This document shows positions 39,965 through 52,918 of a stretch of 64,000 nucleotides of DNA, in pieces. Positions within the stretch are counted from its first letter, which is position 1, and each line of letters starts with the position of its first letter. Both the position numbers and the translations under genes were made by a program. Below the pieces are notes generated by a model, which searched no databases, had not been told where the DNA came from, and worked only from the letters and a program-made list of their open reading frames with translations. Location of the stretch: positions 1,747,797 to 1,811,796 of the forward strand of contig NC_090597.1 of the NCBI RefSeq assembly GCF_000497125.1. The letters run 5' to 3'. Source of the DNA: Spironucleus salmonicida (Eukaryota).

Positions 39965-42900
39965 ATGTCAAATAATATTATTCCTCAAAATGTTTAGAAA
40001 ATGTTAGATTAATCATAATAACTACTTGATAAAATGGAATAGAAATAGAATAAATAATCTAATGAATAGAATATATAATCTGCAACAAAGTAGCTACTAA
40101 AAAAAACTGCATAATTACCAGAATTGCTAGAAGACCCACTTCCAACTAGATCCACGGCGATGGAATTTCTTATGAGAAATAAAGGTTATTTACTTGATGA
40201 AGATATTAAGAAAAAAAACCAACTTATAGAAGATACTGCTAAATAAGTTGTTGATTCATCATTAAATAATTTCTTTTACAATAATGTTCCAGATCTTTCA
40301 TCTGCTAAGTATACTGAAAATACATAACAACATGTGTAATAAGTTCTATCTCAGGCAGCACCATAGAAACCATAAAAATATACATTTAAAGCTGCGAAGA
40401 CTTAGTATAGAACATTAGCGAAATCAATTAAAATATTTGAAACATTTATGGCTTAACCAATTTAAGATGGTGCTAGTTTGTTCTCTTATGCTTATAGAGG
40501 GTTCGCTGGAAGTATGTTTTTAATTGATGATCTTATGGAAGCACTAAAAATTGACAATAAAGATTAGGCTGAAGCTCTATAATTAATTAAAAATACACTT
40601 AAATCTGCTTTTAGCGATTAAAAATCTGGTGAAATGTTACTTGTTGGGGAAACAGCTCGTTTACGCTAAGAATTATACTAAATAAATATACTATTATAGA
40701 AAAATAAAGACAGAGCAAAAGAATTAATAATAGCATTGGAAAATAAACGGAAGTCTGAAGTTAATATGCTTAATAATAAGATAAAAGAAGTAGAAAATAA
40801 AAGAAGTTAAGAAGTTCAATAAATAATAGCTAAAAATATGGAATATGGTGACTAAGTGAGAACCCTTAGAGGAATTTTAGATGTGATCAAAAGTGATTAA
40901 TCGGTATAAGAGGTGGACAATTTAAGAACAAAATTAAAAGAAAATGATACTTAAATAGAATCATTTATCTAGTAAATTAAGTCATATTAATAGTAAATAG
41001 AAGATAAAGTCAAAGAATTTGAAGATTTTAAAATTTAATCGTAAACTGCTGAAGAATAGATATAAAATTTAAAATATGAACTCAAAAGATCTGAAATGTA
41101 AAAAGATTATTGTAAACTCTGCAGTGCAAAAGTTCTTGACAGAAGTATGAAGCTTACTGAGGAGATTTAATTCAAATTAGAAAGAAATGTATAAATTATT
41201 TAAAACATAAAATCCGTAGAAACTTAAATCTAGCAGTAGTAAAAAATTGATGATTTATTTTAAATATTGAATAATTAAATTTATGTTGATGAGGGAGATA
41301 AGCTTAACTACAAACTTGATTTATTATAAATTAGTAAAGAGCTATTACTGATCGAATTAAAATTGCGTGATATGCCTAAAATTCAAGATTTAGAATAAGA
41401 TATTTAATTCTAAAAACTTGAGATAGATAGACTTAAAGTTTTAGAAAAAGATCTTACTAGTTTAAAGAAATTATACAAAAATGCAATTGCTAAGAGTTCA
41501 GATGGAATGAGCATGAGTAATACTGAAACTATTTAAGGAGCTAGTGTCACTAATTAAAAAATTTCAGAAAATTAAATAACACTATTAAGATGCTAGCCAT
41601 TATTCTTACTACTACCTAAATTATTTTCACTGCATGTAACAACAACTAAGTCTGATAATGTTCTTAGTGTATCATCATCATAAGTTTAATGCATTATTTA
41701 GTAATTTTTAAATTAATTAGTAGTTACGTGTTTTAGAGATAATAACTCGATGATAGATACGATGACTATTAAAATTAATCCACCAACATCTAATGCACCA
41801 TAATAATTAAATGAGCCTATTTAAGCTATCTTCAATGGTTGGATACACTAATAATTTGTTTTTAGTCAATCAAACAATAAAGTTTAAGATGCTGAATTAA
41901 TTGTAAATAAAGTTGCGTTTATTTTAAATGTTTTTAGTGATGTGAACTCAGATATTGATGTAGACGATGATAGTAACTTTTTATCTATTGGCCATTTAAT
42001 ATTTAATCAGCCTATGACTGCAGATGAGTTATAATTTTTACTATTTGTATATAATCTAAGTGTTGGTGGCGTGGATATAACTAAAAAGCTAAAACCTATT
42101 TACTAAATTGCTCTAACGGATAAGGTATAAATACAATATTTAACTCTTAAACGAGCAATATTGATAACTTAAATTGTACTTAATAAAGCAGTATTAAAAG
42201 GATATTTTGAAAAATTTATTGAATAAGGAAAATAAACAGATATGATAAAAGATATTTAACAAAGCGATATATAAGATTATAATGTCTGCGATGCTAATAT
42301 GGATTTTGTTAAGTCAATTCTTTAAAATGCTACACAAGTTGTAAAAATTGAAGGAGAATTAGAAGGAATTGTCAGTTTGGTATAAACTTAATTTTTTATC
42401 ATGTCGTTATTGAAGGCATATAGAACAGAATAATTAGTTAGAATTGAAGCTTTACGCACAATGTATGCTGGATTTTTATTAGATACCAATGAAAAAATTA
42501 TATCCGATACAAATAGATATCGTATAATAAAGCAGATTATTGAATCAATTAACCCAATAGCCCCAAAGCCAGTTATCGATTCGATTTACTTGGACACCAT
42601 CTGGAGAAGTCCGAGTGGATTGTGGGCAATTTTAATAGATAGTTGCCGTGTTCGAGGATTATTCAGTTCTGGGCTGAGACTACCACCAATTGATTGTGCA
42701 ATGACCTTGGTTGGTGGCTATAAAGATTAATCAAAAGATTATTAATATGATTTATTGTATAATAGGTTAATTGGCTTTATTAATCAGTTTAAAGGTATAT
42801 CATTACATCTTATGTAATTTGAAGTTTTTGATTTGAAGGCTATTGGTATTTAAATCAATACGATTCTATAAACATAAATAAATAGATAAAATATACTTAT

Positions 42901-43168
42901 GATACTTAATATCATTAAAACGTTGATTATTAAAGGTATAACAGTAGTTTTTAGCTTTATATCCTCCACCGGAAATGATTTAGGTAGCTTAGATATAAGA
43001 AATGGTGTTGATTAAGGATTTAAACTATCAGGAAGTAAACGATTGCCAGCTGATATATACTTAGATTCATTGACTGGACTTTTAGGTGCTTTCTAAAGTA
43101 TCTTAGGGTGGACTGCTCATGATGATGCGAAAAAAGAGACATTTAAGACTACTAAGAAAAATAAGTGA
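39965..43168 (+). CDS. Large hypothetical protein with central coiled coil, 1067 aa
   Basis: Start and AAGTGA stop are in frame and the frame includes the supplied ORF 42461-42730. Confidence 0.85.
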
Positions 43169-43173
43169 TCACT
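43164..43173. terminator. Bidirectional stop/polyadenylation junction (AGTGA|TCACT palindrome)
   Basis: Abutting stops of the 39965-43168 and 43169-43378 genes. Confidence 0.55.
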
Positions 43174-43378
43174 CTTCTTACTAAGATACGTCAAAAATTG
43201 AGAATTCCTCCTCTATTAAATCCTTTAAAGAATATGATGATACAAAAGAATCATTTTTTAGTTCGGAACAATTAATAGTAAAATCGTTTTAACAATCATC
43301 ATATAATTTTAGATTTAATGATTTGATAGGTTTTACTGGTAGCAGTAACTACGTTTGCTGCTAAGGAGTAAATTCCAT
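43169..43378 (-). CDS. Small acidic hypothetical protein, 69 aa
   Basis: MEFTPQQQTQLLLPVKP...EEEFSIFDVSQQEE*. Ends GAGTGA, abutting the stop of the opposite gene. Confidence 0.55.
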
Positions 43379-44863
43379 TATTAAAAAGAATAAAATGTGT
43401 TATATACTTCATAATATCAATAATAATTATATATTTTTGGTTTATATAATTATTTATATACCATATAATTATATAAATACCTATACATTCAAGTAAAATA
43501 AATTAAAAACTAATATCATAATATATTAAAAATTTATTATTATATAATTTATCAATTTAGATATATACTTATCTTTTTTTATATCCTTTAGTAGTTTTTT
43601 AAAAATCTATAATTGGAAATAAACTTAATTTTATAATATATTATATAATAATATATATTGTTGATATAATTTGTACCGAACAAGAATAATCGTTTTATCT
43701 TATTCAAATATACAAAATTTACGATCCTTCACATTATTAAATTTAGTAAATACTATTTTTTGAGGATATTAATAATTTAATAGAAATATCAGCTTTTTAA
43801 ATTTAATGATATATTTTTAAATTTAAGTAACCTAATATTAGTTTATTTAACTAATATTAATGACAATAAAATAAATGATGATTAACAAAAGAGTTTGAAA
43901 TATCGTACTATTAATAAAATTTATATTTTAAAATCTTATAAATGGACTGAATAAAAATTATCAAATAAACATAGGTAGCGTATAAAATAAACTTTAGAAA
44001 ATAAAGTGAATAATCTATTAATTAATATATTCTGCAGAATATGACATTAGAACATATAAATTAGTTTTCAAATTACTATTTAATAGTTATACAATGTCAA
44101 ATTTCTACTAAATAATTATTATTTCTGTGATAATTTTTAATAAAAACATTCTAAATTATTTTTTTAAAAGTTAAATTGCAGTTGAATAACTATAAAATAT
44201 GTTATTTTCTATAACAATAATTTATGTAAATAAATTATATATAAGCGAATAAATATTAATAAGCTGAATAAGGTTGCGTAAAACTTATAAGTATATATTT
44301 TTATGAATCAATTTATAATACATATATATTTAAGTAAATGCTGGTTCTTACTACTATGAATTTAATTTTTTTTAATTTCTTATTTCGACTTACTTATTGC
44401 AAAAGAATTGCTAGTAAATATAGTACGTAGTAAATAAGGTGTATATTTTATAATAGAACATAATATAAATATTAATACATATTAATTTTAATTTAGATAT
44501 ACTAAAAATTAAATAAAAGAGGTTAGTCTAATTGTTTAGTTTACAGTATTAAAACAAATGATTTCTAAGAATACATATATAGTGAAGTATTTTAATATAT
44601 TATAGATTCTTCATATAATATATACGATGGAAGTGTAAATTTATTTATTGTTTTAGAAAAAAACGGATGTATTTATTAATAAACTTTAACATAAATATTA
44701 GTATGTTGCTACTATTTTTAGGATAAAGATTTTTATTAAGGAGTGAAGTTTCAGTCATAAAACTATGATATAAATAACAAAAATATCATAGTATATAAAA
44801 AAGTATATATATACTATTTTTTTAATCCAATATGCATACTCGTTCTATATATATTTACTACAA

Positions 44864-45496
44864 TCACTTTAATATTGTATTAGCAGCTAGTTTAATTAAT
44901 TCAATGTTATACTTTTAGCTGTAAAACTATGACAAATCAATACTTTAAAGTTCATTTTATAAATATATAGTATAATTTTCAATATTTAACTTGGCTTCTT
45001 CGACACTAATCATTGGAACTAATGATATGGCTTAGTTTTCTATATCTTTAATATAGCATGAGAATTCTAATAATTTTTTATTTATAAAGTTTTAACAGAT
45101 TTTGGCATTTGCAGTTGTTTCATTAACGACTTGCATTTGTTCAAAAAACGGTTATATTTGTTTATTATCTTTTATTATTGAAAGAATTTATGGATCTGAC
45201 ATATTTTAACACCGAGTATAGTCAGGAATAGAAATAAAATTTACAAAAGCAGAAAAGTTTTAAGGTCGGTAATTAGATATTGGTAACACCATAGAATGAA
45301 CTATATTGAAAAATTAATTTACATCATCTGTAGATTACAAAAATACTTATTAATTAAATGTATTGCTTTGATCAAAATATGATAATGCATCACAACGAGG
45401 TACTATAGTTATTATAGGTAAAAAATACTATTTTTTATGAAAAGATTATGGGTTGGGGTTCATTGTTAACGTATACATACCTGCAGTTTTTTTCAT
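44864..45496 (-). CDS. Hypothetical protein, 210 aa
   Basis: Fully hand-translated open frame MKKTAGMYTL...LIKLAANTILK*. Ends AAGTGA. Confidence 0.7.
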
Positions 45497-45854
45497 TTTT
45501 AAAGTTTGATTGATAAAGTTTATGATATAGTATTATATATATTTTATTATTCTCTTTATTTACAGATACCATGAGGATTATATTTAACTGGCATGAAAGT
45601 AGATGATATTTAAATTATATATTGTTAAAAAACGTAGTTATACGATATACTAGAACATATAATATTATTTATATGGGGTTAGTGACCTTTAGTTTAAAAA
45701 AATATAATATTGCTTATTTTATTTTTAGTGATTTGTCACTTTAACCGTACTATTAATTACTATATCATAAACTACAGAATTTTAAATAGAATAAGACAAT
45801 TTATTCAAGTAAATTAAAATATATATAAATAATCAATATTAAACTAAAAATAGG

Positions 45855-48410
45855 TCACGCAAAACAATTACTTGCCATACCACCAGGAGGAGGAATAATT
45901 GCATTCTAACAAATAGCATTACTTATAATATTATCTACGTTTATTTGACCATTCTTATAAATTTAACAGGTTTTTGTACCACCAGCAGCATCTAAACATT
46001 TTGAACTCAAACACATTATACTATCACATACACCTTTTATTGACAAAATATTAGTACGAACTTACAATATATTTGCTTAAACTGTATCAATGTTGTTAGC
46101 AGTTAAATTTGTAGAAATTATTGGATTAGCTGCTAACGTCTATGAAGTCATATTTATTGCATTAACTATTTATGATGTTATAATAGTTGCTGTTGCGGAA
46201 TTAATTGTGGTTATTGGAGCATTTACTGTTAAACCTGGTGTCACGAGTTGTTAGCGGAATGTGATACTTAGAGGTAACACAATTACTGGATTAATAGCTA
46301 ACATAGAATATTATACATTTGTAGTAAACCCTGTATTGTTGAGATTTGAAATAAATCCATTTTGCTAGTTAACTATTGTTAAATTTTATAAAATAGTTTC
46401 ATGTGCTGTTTATACATTTGGAGTCATAAGATTTCCATGATTAGTAAAGGTACTAGTTGTTATTTATTAATCGGTATCCACAGAAGGGACTTTAATATTA
46501 CAATTCATACCTGCCCCATGGCCTCCACATTATAAATTTTATAAATTAGATTAGTTGAGTTTCAGATTTTGTCCTTTTAAGTCATTTATATTCGTGGTAG
46601 CGTTCATTGTAATATTTCCATTATATTAAAAGTTAATAGGATTAATAAAATTTTAGTTAGTTGAAAGGACGAAGTTTGAGTTTTAATTAAAATTTAAAGT
46701 TGGTAATGCATTCTCCGCTATAGTAAGCTTAGAAGTAAGTTAGACTGGAAAGTTTGCTATAATAGGTTAAACTGCAGTCAAAGAAGTGGTTAATGCCATA
46801 TTTGTTGTCTAGATTGATGTAGCAGTTAATTACGCCAAATTTGAAGTAAGTACCTAGCTGGATCCTTACACATTCATTTGACCAAGAATTTCAAGTGTAG
46901 TTTAAACATTTAAATCGCTGATACTAATTAAATCTGTGGCTTCAATTGATGCAGTAATTATATTATTTGTAGTGAGCTAATCAATATTCAATTAAGAAAA
47001 ATCAGTATTTTATTAGAATGTTAATGCACTTGTAAATGTGAGGTTTTTCGCATTTAAAATATTTAAATTAAGATTAGTCACCGTGGGGTTTATCAATTAT
47101 GTAACTGTTAATAATAAATTATCGCCTGCACAATCCATTGATGTTTGTGAGGAAGCTAAATTTGCAGTAGAGGCAGTAACATTTTGAGCATAAAGTTATT
47201 ACGTATAAACTGAGAATTCAGATGCTGTTAGTTACTTTTTCGAGATAGTTTAGTACACATTTTAATCAAAAAACATTTATTTTTATTGTATATTGGTTGG
47301 ATTTGCTAGAAATCTGTTCATTTAATCTAAATTTTATACAGATGGTAAACCTAGAAACGCTTATCTTTAAATTATTAAATCATTTAAGACCATAGTAGAG
47401 TTTAGCCTATGTGTGATTAGTGACATAAGAACGAGTGAAATAAGAAACATGCCAATAAGAATTGCTATTATCAACCACATACACCAATTAATTTCTATTG
47501 AATTAAAAACAGCTTTTTACTAAGTAACTTATGCTTATGGCTAATATATCAGTGGGGTTTCATGTTATACACTATTAAGAACAGGTTATAATTTAGGAGT
47601 AATAGGTTAAATTTCATACATTTTGTTTAATTTTTCTCTCATGACAATTTCGCAAAAACTTAAATTAAAAAACATATAAAATTCTAATTTTCCTGCTGTT
47701 TTAATTATTTAACCTTAACCTTGAATCCATTAATTGGCTTTATTAGGGTCCAAAAAAGTCATATCATTAATTTAAAGCGATGTTTAAGCTTGTTAATTAC
47801 ATGATAATGCATAATGGAACTAGTTTTTAGAATAAAAATCAGAAAAAATGCTAAATATATAATCTTTTCTTGAGAATCCTGTAAGTAATACATATGTATC
47901 ATTATTTGAGATAAAAGAAGAAGGCATCAGTTCCCCTGAAAAAGATGCAATTATTGGAGACTTGTTTATTATTAATTAATGAGAGCATTTTGAGCAGGCC
48001 CGTTTTTATTAATGATTAGAGGAAGGAAATATAGCGGTTATTAATTCTTGTTATCCACAGGATTAACATATATATTAGATACTAAAAAGTTATTAGAGAA
48101 CTTCTTTAGGTAGTGTTTCTATACACTTTTTAATTGCCATTCCAGTTGAAAGAGGTAATGGATGGAGCAAAGAAGACAATAAAGTTACATCTATATTTTG
48201 ATTATTTAGAGCTAAATTTATGCATTTGGACCATTCTTATTGAATTTATTCCTAAGCCTTAGAAAATAAAGGTGAATCTTTAATTACCTAATAACTTGTA
48301 GCAATAAGTCTAATAAACGAAGATACTATTCCAGATTGATCATTTATTATATTATACGTGACTGCAGATACCCGGTGCAGTGGACCATATGAGGATGGAC
48401 TGCCGTACAT
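45855..48410 (-). CDS. Single-pass membrane protein, 851 aa: degenerate USP-like/zinc-ribbon N-domain, TM, and beta-strand-repeat C-domain
   Basis: One frame from ATG 48410 to TGA 45855, with a CQSC...CSKC pair, TM WCMWLIIAILIGMFLISLVLMSLI, an N/T/I/V-rich short-period C-terminal region and a terminal Cys cluster. Confidence 0.75.
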
Positions 48411-48492
48411 TTTGGATTTTAGAATAAATATACTGTATTTAGTAAGATATTATAATTTTTTAAATAATAAATATTTCTATATAGACTAAATT

Positions 48493-49026
48493 TCACTAAT
48501 TATCATTAATTATTTTACCAATTTGCTATGTTAACTTGAGATCGGCTATTTGGGAACATGTATATAATTTCGTGGCTGATAGGTTAGTTATAAACATATA
48601 GCTACTGCTATCTTATACTTCACTTAAGGTATCTAATCTGTAAATATCTAACTTTAGATTTTCAAAACTTGTTTAATTTTTTTATATACTATTAATATAT
48701 AATAATTTTTATGTTATACTTGTAGTTTTTGCTTTTTATTTAATTATTTTTTTAACATAATCTTCTCCTTATTTGCGTTTCTTAAATGGTACAAGAGATG
48801 AGCAGCTTAAAATATCTGAATTATAAGCATTATCTTTACACAATTTCAAACTAGTTAAAGATTTAGTAACTTTTTCTTGTTTATTTAAATGAGAAGGTTA
48901 GATATTGGTATCTAGCTTATAGGCATTCAATTATTATATTAAATTTATATTTGATCCTAGTTTTGAATTAGTACTATTTAAATTCGCGTTACTTTTTTCT
49001 AGTGAGCCTTAGCTTGATATTCCCAT
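48493..49026 (-). CDS. Hypothetical low-complexity protein, 177 aa (MG start)
   Basis: Open frame MGISSQGSLEKS...IINDNQ*. Ends TAGTGA. Confidence 0.6.
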
Positions 49027-49088
49027 TTATTGCTGACTTAAATTGTTAATATTGGAACAAATTAATTAAAATATGTAAAATAATTTTA

Positions 49089-50642
49089 TCATTGGAAAGG
49101 CATAAATGCAACACTTTTTTTTTAAGTTGGGGCTTTCTATACAGTTAGGTCAGTAAGATCTAATTTACCCTATTTATTCTATACAAATGTACCCGCTCCT
49201 ACTTTAACTCCAGTGCTTACTGCACCAGGTGCTTTGAAAGCGTTAAGTTATTTCTACTATGCCTAAATTTTAATAGATTATTACTAAGGCATTTACAATT
49301 AATATATACCCTATTAAATTCCACTAATTATTTCGATTTGCACTAAAAAATCTTTTATATCTTATTAAATTTCATATATTTCACCACATATGTTTAACTC
49401 ATAACATGGAGTAGTACCAGTTTGAAGTATACCTGAAACAAAATACTCTTTATTAATGTTTACTAAAAGGTGTAAAATTTTAATTTTACACTAAAATCTT
49501 CCACTTAATATAAAGGCTGAACACACATATTCTGTAAAAGGGTTACCACTAAAAACAACACTAGTTGAAGTCCCAGAATCAATATTTAACTCTTTACAAA
49601 AAACAAGTACATCAAAAAGAGCATTTAATGCTGTGGTTAGTTCTTGATCTAAATCTTTTCTACATTTAAAGTCAATATTAAGTTTATGTACATACTTAGA
49701 ATGATAACTAGTTAAAAACTACATTTTGTAACCTTTTGGGATCTCTGCATTTTCAACAACACACGCAAGTAGTTCAACTATGTACTTTGTTAAATTCTAT
49801 ATTAACAAACTAGGTGAAACATCACAATTAATTATTAAATCCATACACATATCAATATCTCCTCTAGCAGCTAAAGCTTGAGTTAGTTAAGCATAATTAA
49901 GTTAAACCACTGCGCTTGGAGCAATAAAAAGATCTTTTTAGCTGCCACTAACACCTCCACCTTTGCATCGTCCCATATGGCCTTCACAGAGGCAAATTCT
50001 AGCCTTCAAACTGCAATAAAATGCTTTAATCTCTTTCAACGTCCATCTCATACCCTCACTTTTCATATTAATATCTTGAATTGACTTAATTTAATCCTCT
50101 AAAAATGCTATTTTTCGTACATTAACATCAGCCTCTTCCTATGAATTAAATTGCTTTAGTTACTCAATTTCATCCTTAAAATTCTACATCTTTGCGAACT
50201 TTTTACCCTCTCCAGAAAAACCCCACTCAGCAAACCCAGAAATTTAGGCAGCAGATAGCGACTTTGCAGCCTAAAAGAAAGCCTTTTTAATACTAAATAT
50301 AATATTATTTTCTAGCGAAGAATTGAGCTGGGAAGCTATTTCAACAGCGGTTAAGAATTATTTCTCGCTTCCTCGAAAGGCAGCACCCGCCGCTCGTGGA
50401 AAATTTTATAGTGATGCAAAATGTGAAAATGTATGATTAAAAGTTTAAATAGCAGGGGTATGCTCACATTTCGCTGTTAAGTAATCAGATACAACCGTCT
50501 GGAAAGGTCCAAAGGTTATAAAGTAAGCACGATCTAAAAGTGCATATAAACGTGCAAGAATATCTGAAGTTATCTGATTGTGTTTGGTATACAGTTAGTA
50601 GATTTCAACAAATTCCATGGTCTGTTAGTCTACCGACAACAT
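49089..50642 (-). CDS. Nup160/Nup120-like C-terminal helical-solenoid protein, 517 aa
   Basis: Colinear blocks FSHFASLQNFPRAAGAAF, WTLKEIKAFYCSLKARICL and LAARGDIDMCMDLIINCDVSPSLLIQNLTKY resemble Nup160 (YAFH...NYRKAG..MF; LEDLEKECSLARIRL; LVQAGLFDTAISLC..F.L....VFEGL). The ORF is solid; the family call is by eye. Confidence 0.6.
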
Positions 50643-50687
50643 TTTAAGTGTTAAAATTTTTAAATAAAAATATATAATAATAATATA

Positions 50688-50709
50688 TTTCTTTCCACTT
50701 TCCATTTTA
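50688..50709 (+). promoter_or_regulatory. C-rich upstream element of RRS1
   Basis: TTTCTTTCCACTTTCCATTTT just before ATG 50710. Confidence 0.5.
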
Positions 50710-51279
50710 ATGGAATACGATCTTCATTATTTATCTATCTATAATCCAAGTATTATCAAAGCTGATGTAGAGGAATTAGAATTAATGTAGCTTACATCTA
50801 ACGCTTTAGGATTGATGTTTGCAGAACTTTAGAAATGTAAACGTGAATTTTCTTAAGATGGTTATTTAATTGAGTTACCTATGGCTAAACAAATATTACC
50901 ACGGGAAAAATCTTTACCTTTACCAGAAAGAACAACTAAATGGGATAAGTTTTCTAAAGAACGTGGTATTCGCAAATTAAAGAAGGATCGTTATGTTGTA
51001 GATTAAGCTACTGGTGAGGAACATCCTCGTTGGGGAAAGGATAGAATTTCTAAAAATTCTATATCCACACCTATTATAGAAGGAAAGAAGGGTGTATCAG
51101 ATTATGCAGGTTGCCCTGATCCGTTTAGTAAATAGAAATAAGATAAAAGGAAAAGAATCGCAGAAAATTCAGAGAGAAGAGACAAAAATGATAAATTTAA
51201 TAAGTAACATGCTAAAAAGCATCCTTTATATGAAAAAAAAGAAGAATAGGAAAAGAAAAGAGGTAAGAAAGGTAAGTGA
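50710..51279 (+). CDS. RRS1: Ribosome biogenesis regulatory protein RRS1, 189 aa
   Basis: Motifs YDLHYL, ILPREKSLP, TKWDKFSKERGIRK and PRWG. Confidence 0.92.
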
Positions 51280-51285
51280 TCACTT
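51274..51285. terminator. Bidirectional stop/polyadenylation junction (AAGTGA|TCACTT palindrome)
   Basis: The stops of RRS1 and the opposite gene abut, and each strand reads AGTGA, the stop-overlapping poly(A) signal described in Spironucleus. Confidence 0.6.
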
Positions 51286-51897
51286 CTCAAAAAATTTTTT
51301 AATGCCATTATGAATTCCTTAATCATCTTAGATTGAATATTTATTTCTAACTGCTATCAAAATAACTAAAGCCTACTGAATATTGTTAACACCCGTAATT
51401 TTTTTAATCATTTATTAATCAATAGGATCTAATAAAATGTCATTAGTCATTTTTTATTTAACAATGATTTCAACGGCTTCTTTTAATAACATAAATGATG
51501 TTTTCATCCAAGTGTTAATTGTTTCAATACTACTAATAATTTCATTAAGAATATTCATTTTCCCGTTGAGATTGGGATTTATTAAAGAATAAATAGAGCA
51601 ATTAAAATGAAAAAATTAGCTGATTTAATCAATTGGATTCATTTCCTATTATATCAGCTTTTCATGATTTTTAATGAAAATTGAAATTCTATTCGCTACC
51701 TTTATGTCAAAATAAGGATCATATACTAATTAATCAGTTATAATTGATGATATTTGATTAAAATACTGATAATTAGAATATATGACTAAAGGATTTAATT
51801 TATAACCTGTAATTCCGATAAGTATCTTTATAAATTTAGTGAAGTCATTCTATGAAATCTATCGGACAAAAGTTTAAAAGTTTTATTCAGGATTCAT
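51280..51897 (-). CDS. Hypothetical protein, 205 aa
   Basis: Open frame MNPEQNFQTFVRQ... ending AAGTGA directly against the RRS1 stop. Confidence 0.7.
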
Positions 51898-51993
51898 TAT
51901 TTTAAATTGATCTTATGTATTATATATAAAATTATTCAAAACTAACAGTAATCACATATATTTATATATAATTTTACTAGTTTCACTTTTCAA

Positions 51994-52908
51994 ATGTCAT
52001 TTAGAGTTGGATACTACGGTGATGTACTTTAGCTAGATGATTAGGATATTATGTTCTCATAATTAGGTGGATATATGTGCTAAGCACCAAAAACTAAATT
52101 AGATCTGCATTGTTAAATTTGCAATAAACCTTTGGAACATATTTTTTAGTTTGTTTCTTCGAAGTCAGATATATTGGTCCATAAGGTAGTGTATGTACTT
52201 CTATGTGATTCAGATCATTATCATGAGAGTGTCAAAGTTTTAGTCTGGCGAGGCCAATTACCAACATAAGAAGCGAAAGATGAATAGTAAAAAATAGAGA
52301 CAACAAGTAACGTAGAGGAAATTGATTTATTAACACTTGTTTCTGATTTAAGTTCAGCTCATTTAGTAGATTAGTATAAGATTAAAGAGCATAACCCAAG
52401 AATTTATAGTTAAAAAAGAAAATCTAGATTATGCCCTGCTTATGATATTTACACAGAAGAAGCAGAAGATTTCTTAGAAAACTTAACAGAAAAAGCAGGT
52501 AACCTTATAGATAATTTTAATTAGATATATAAAAATGCAATTTATGTTGTTTCAGATACCACTTTATGTGAGTAAACATGTAAGCAAAAAATGAAAAAGG
52601 GAGAATTTTCTCAAGTTGCGTGGGTGGATTTAGAATATTCCGATTCAGATGAAAATTAAATAATGCCTAATATAGAAATAAATTTAGACCCTTGTTAATG
52701 TTAATATTGTGTCAAGTTTAATGAAAATTATTAACATGAATTTGATTTGTTTTCTGGCGCTATTTGGCCATTAAAACTCCAGTATGCAGAGTTTAAAGCT
52801 TTATTTATATTTAGTAATGCAAACACATAATTAGGTTGGGCCGAGGGTGTTTGTTTAATTTTAAAGGATGAAGATGATGTTTAACAACTTAAATTACATA
52901 AAAAATGA
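51994..52908 (+). CDS. PDCD2/PDCD2L (TSR4-like) protein, 304 aa
   Basis: N-terminal SQLGG...CQICNKPLEHIFQ...VVYVLLC and C-terminal CQCQYC...HEFDL...LFIF...GWAEG. Confidence 0.75.
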
Positions 52909-52918
52909 TTAATTATCA

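Noticed and set aside
43862-44044. Myb-domain relic (YKWTEQ)
   Set aside because: It is a single short motif with no further Trp spacing or clear start, which is too weak to call.
45428-45480. Possible intron (AG|GTATGT...TAG on the minus strand) in the 44864-45496 gene
   Set aside because: There is no ACTAAC branch point fused to the 3' site, the unspliced frame is already open, and removing 53 nt would shift it.
50622-50629. ACTAACAG (minus strand) as a trans-splice acceptor for the Nup160-like gene
   Set aside because: The branch-to-AG spacing is shorter than in known diplomonad introns, and the motif lies inside an open frame after a good ATG. Only 5' RACE could rescue it.
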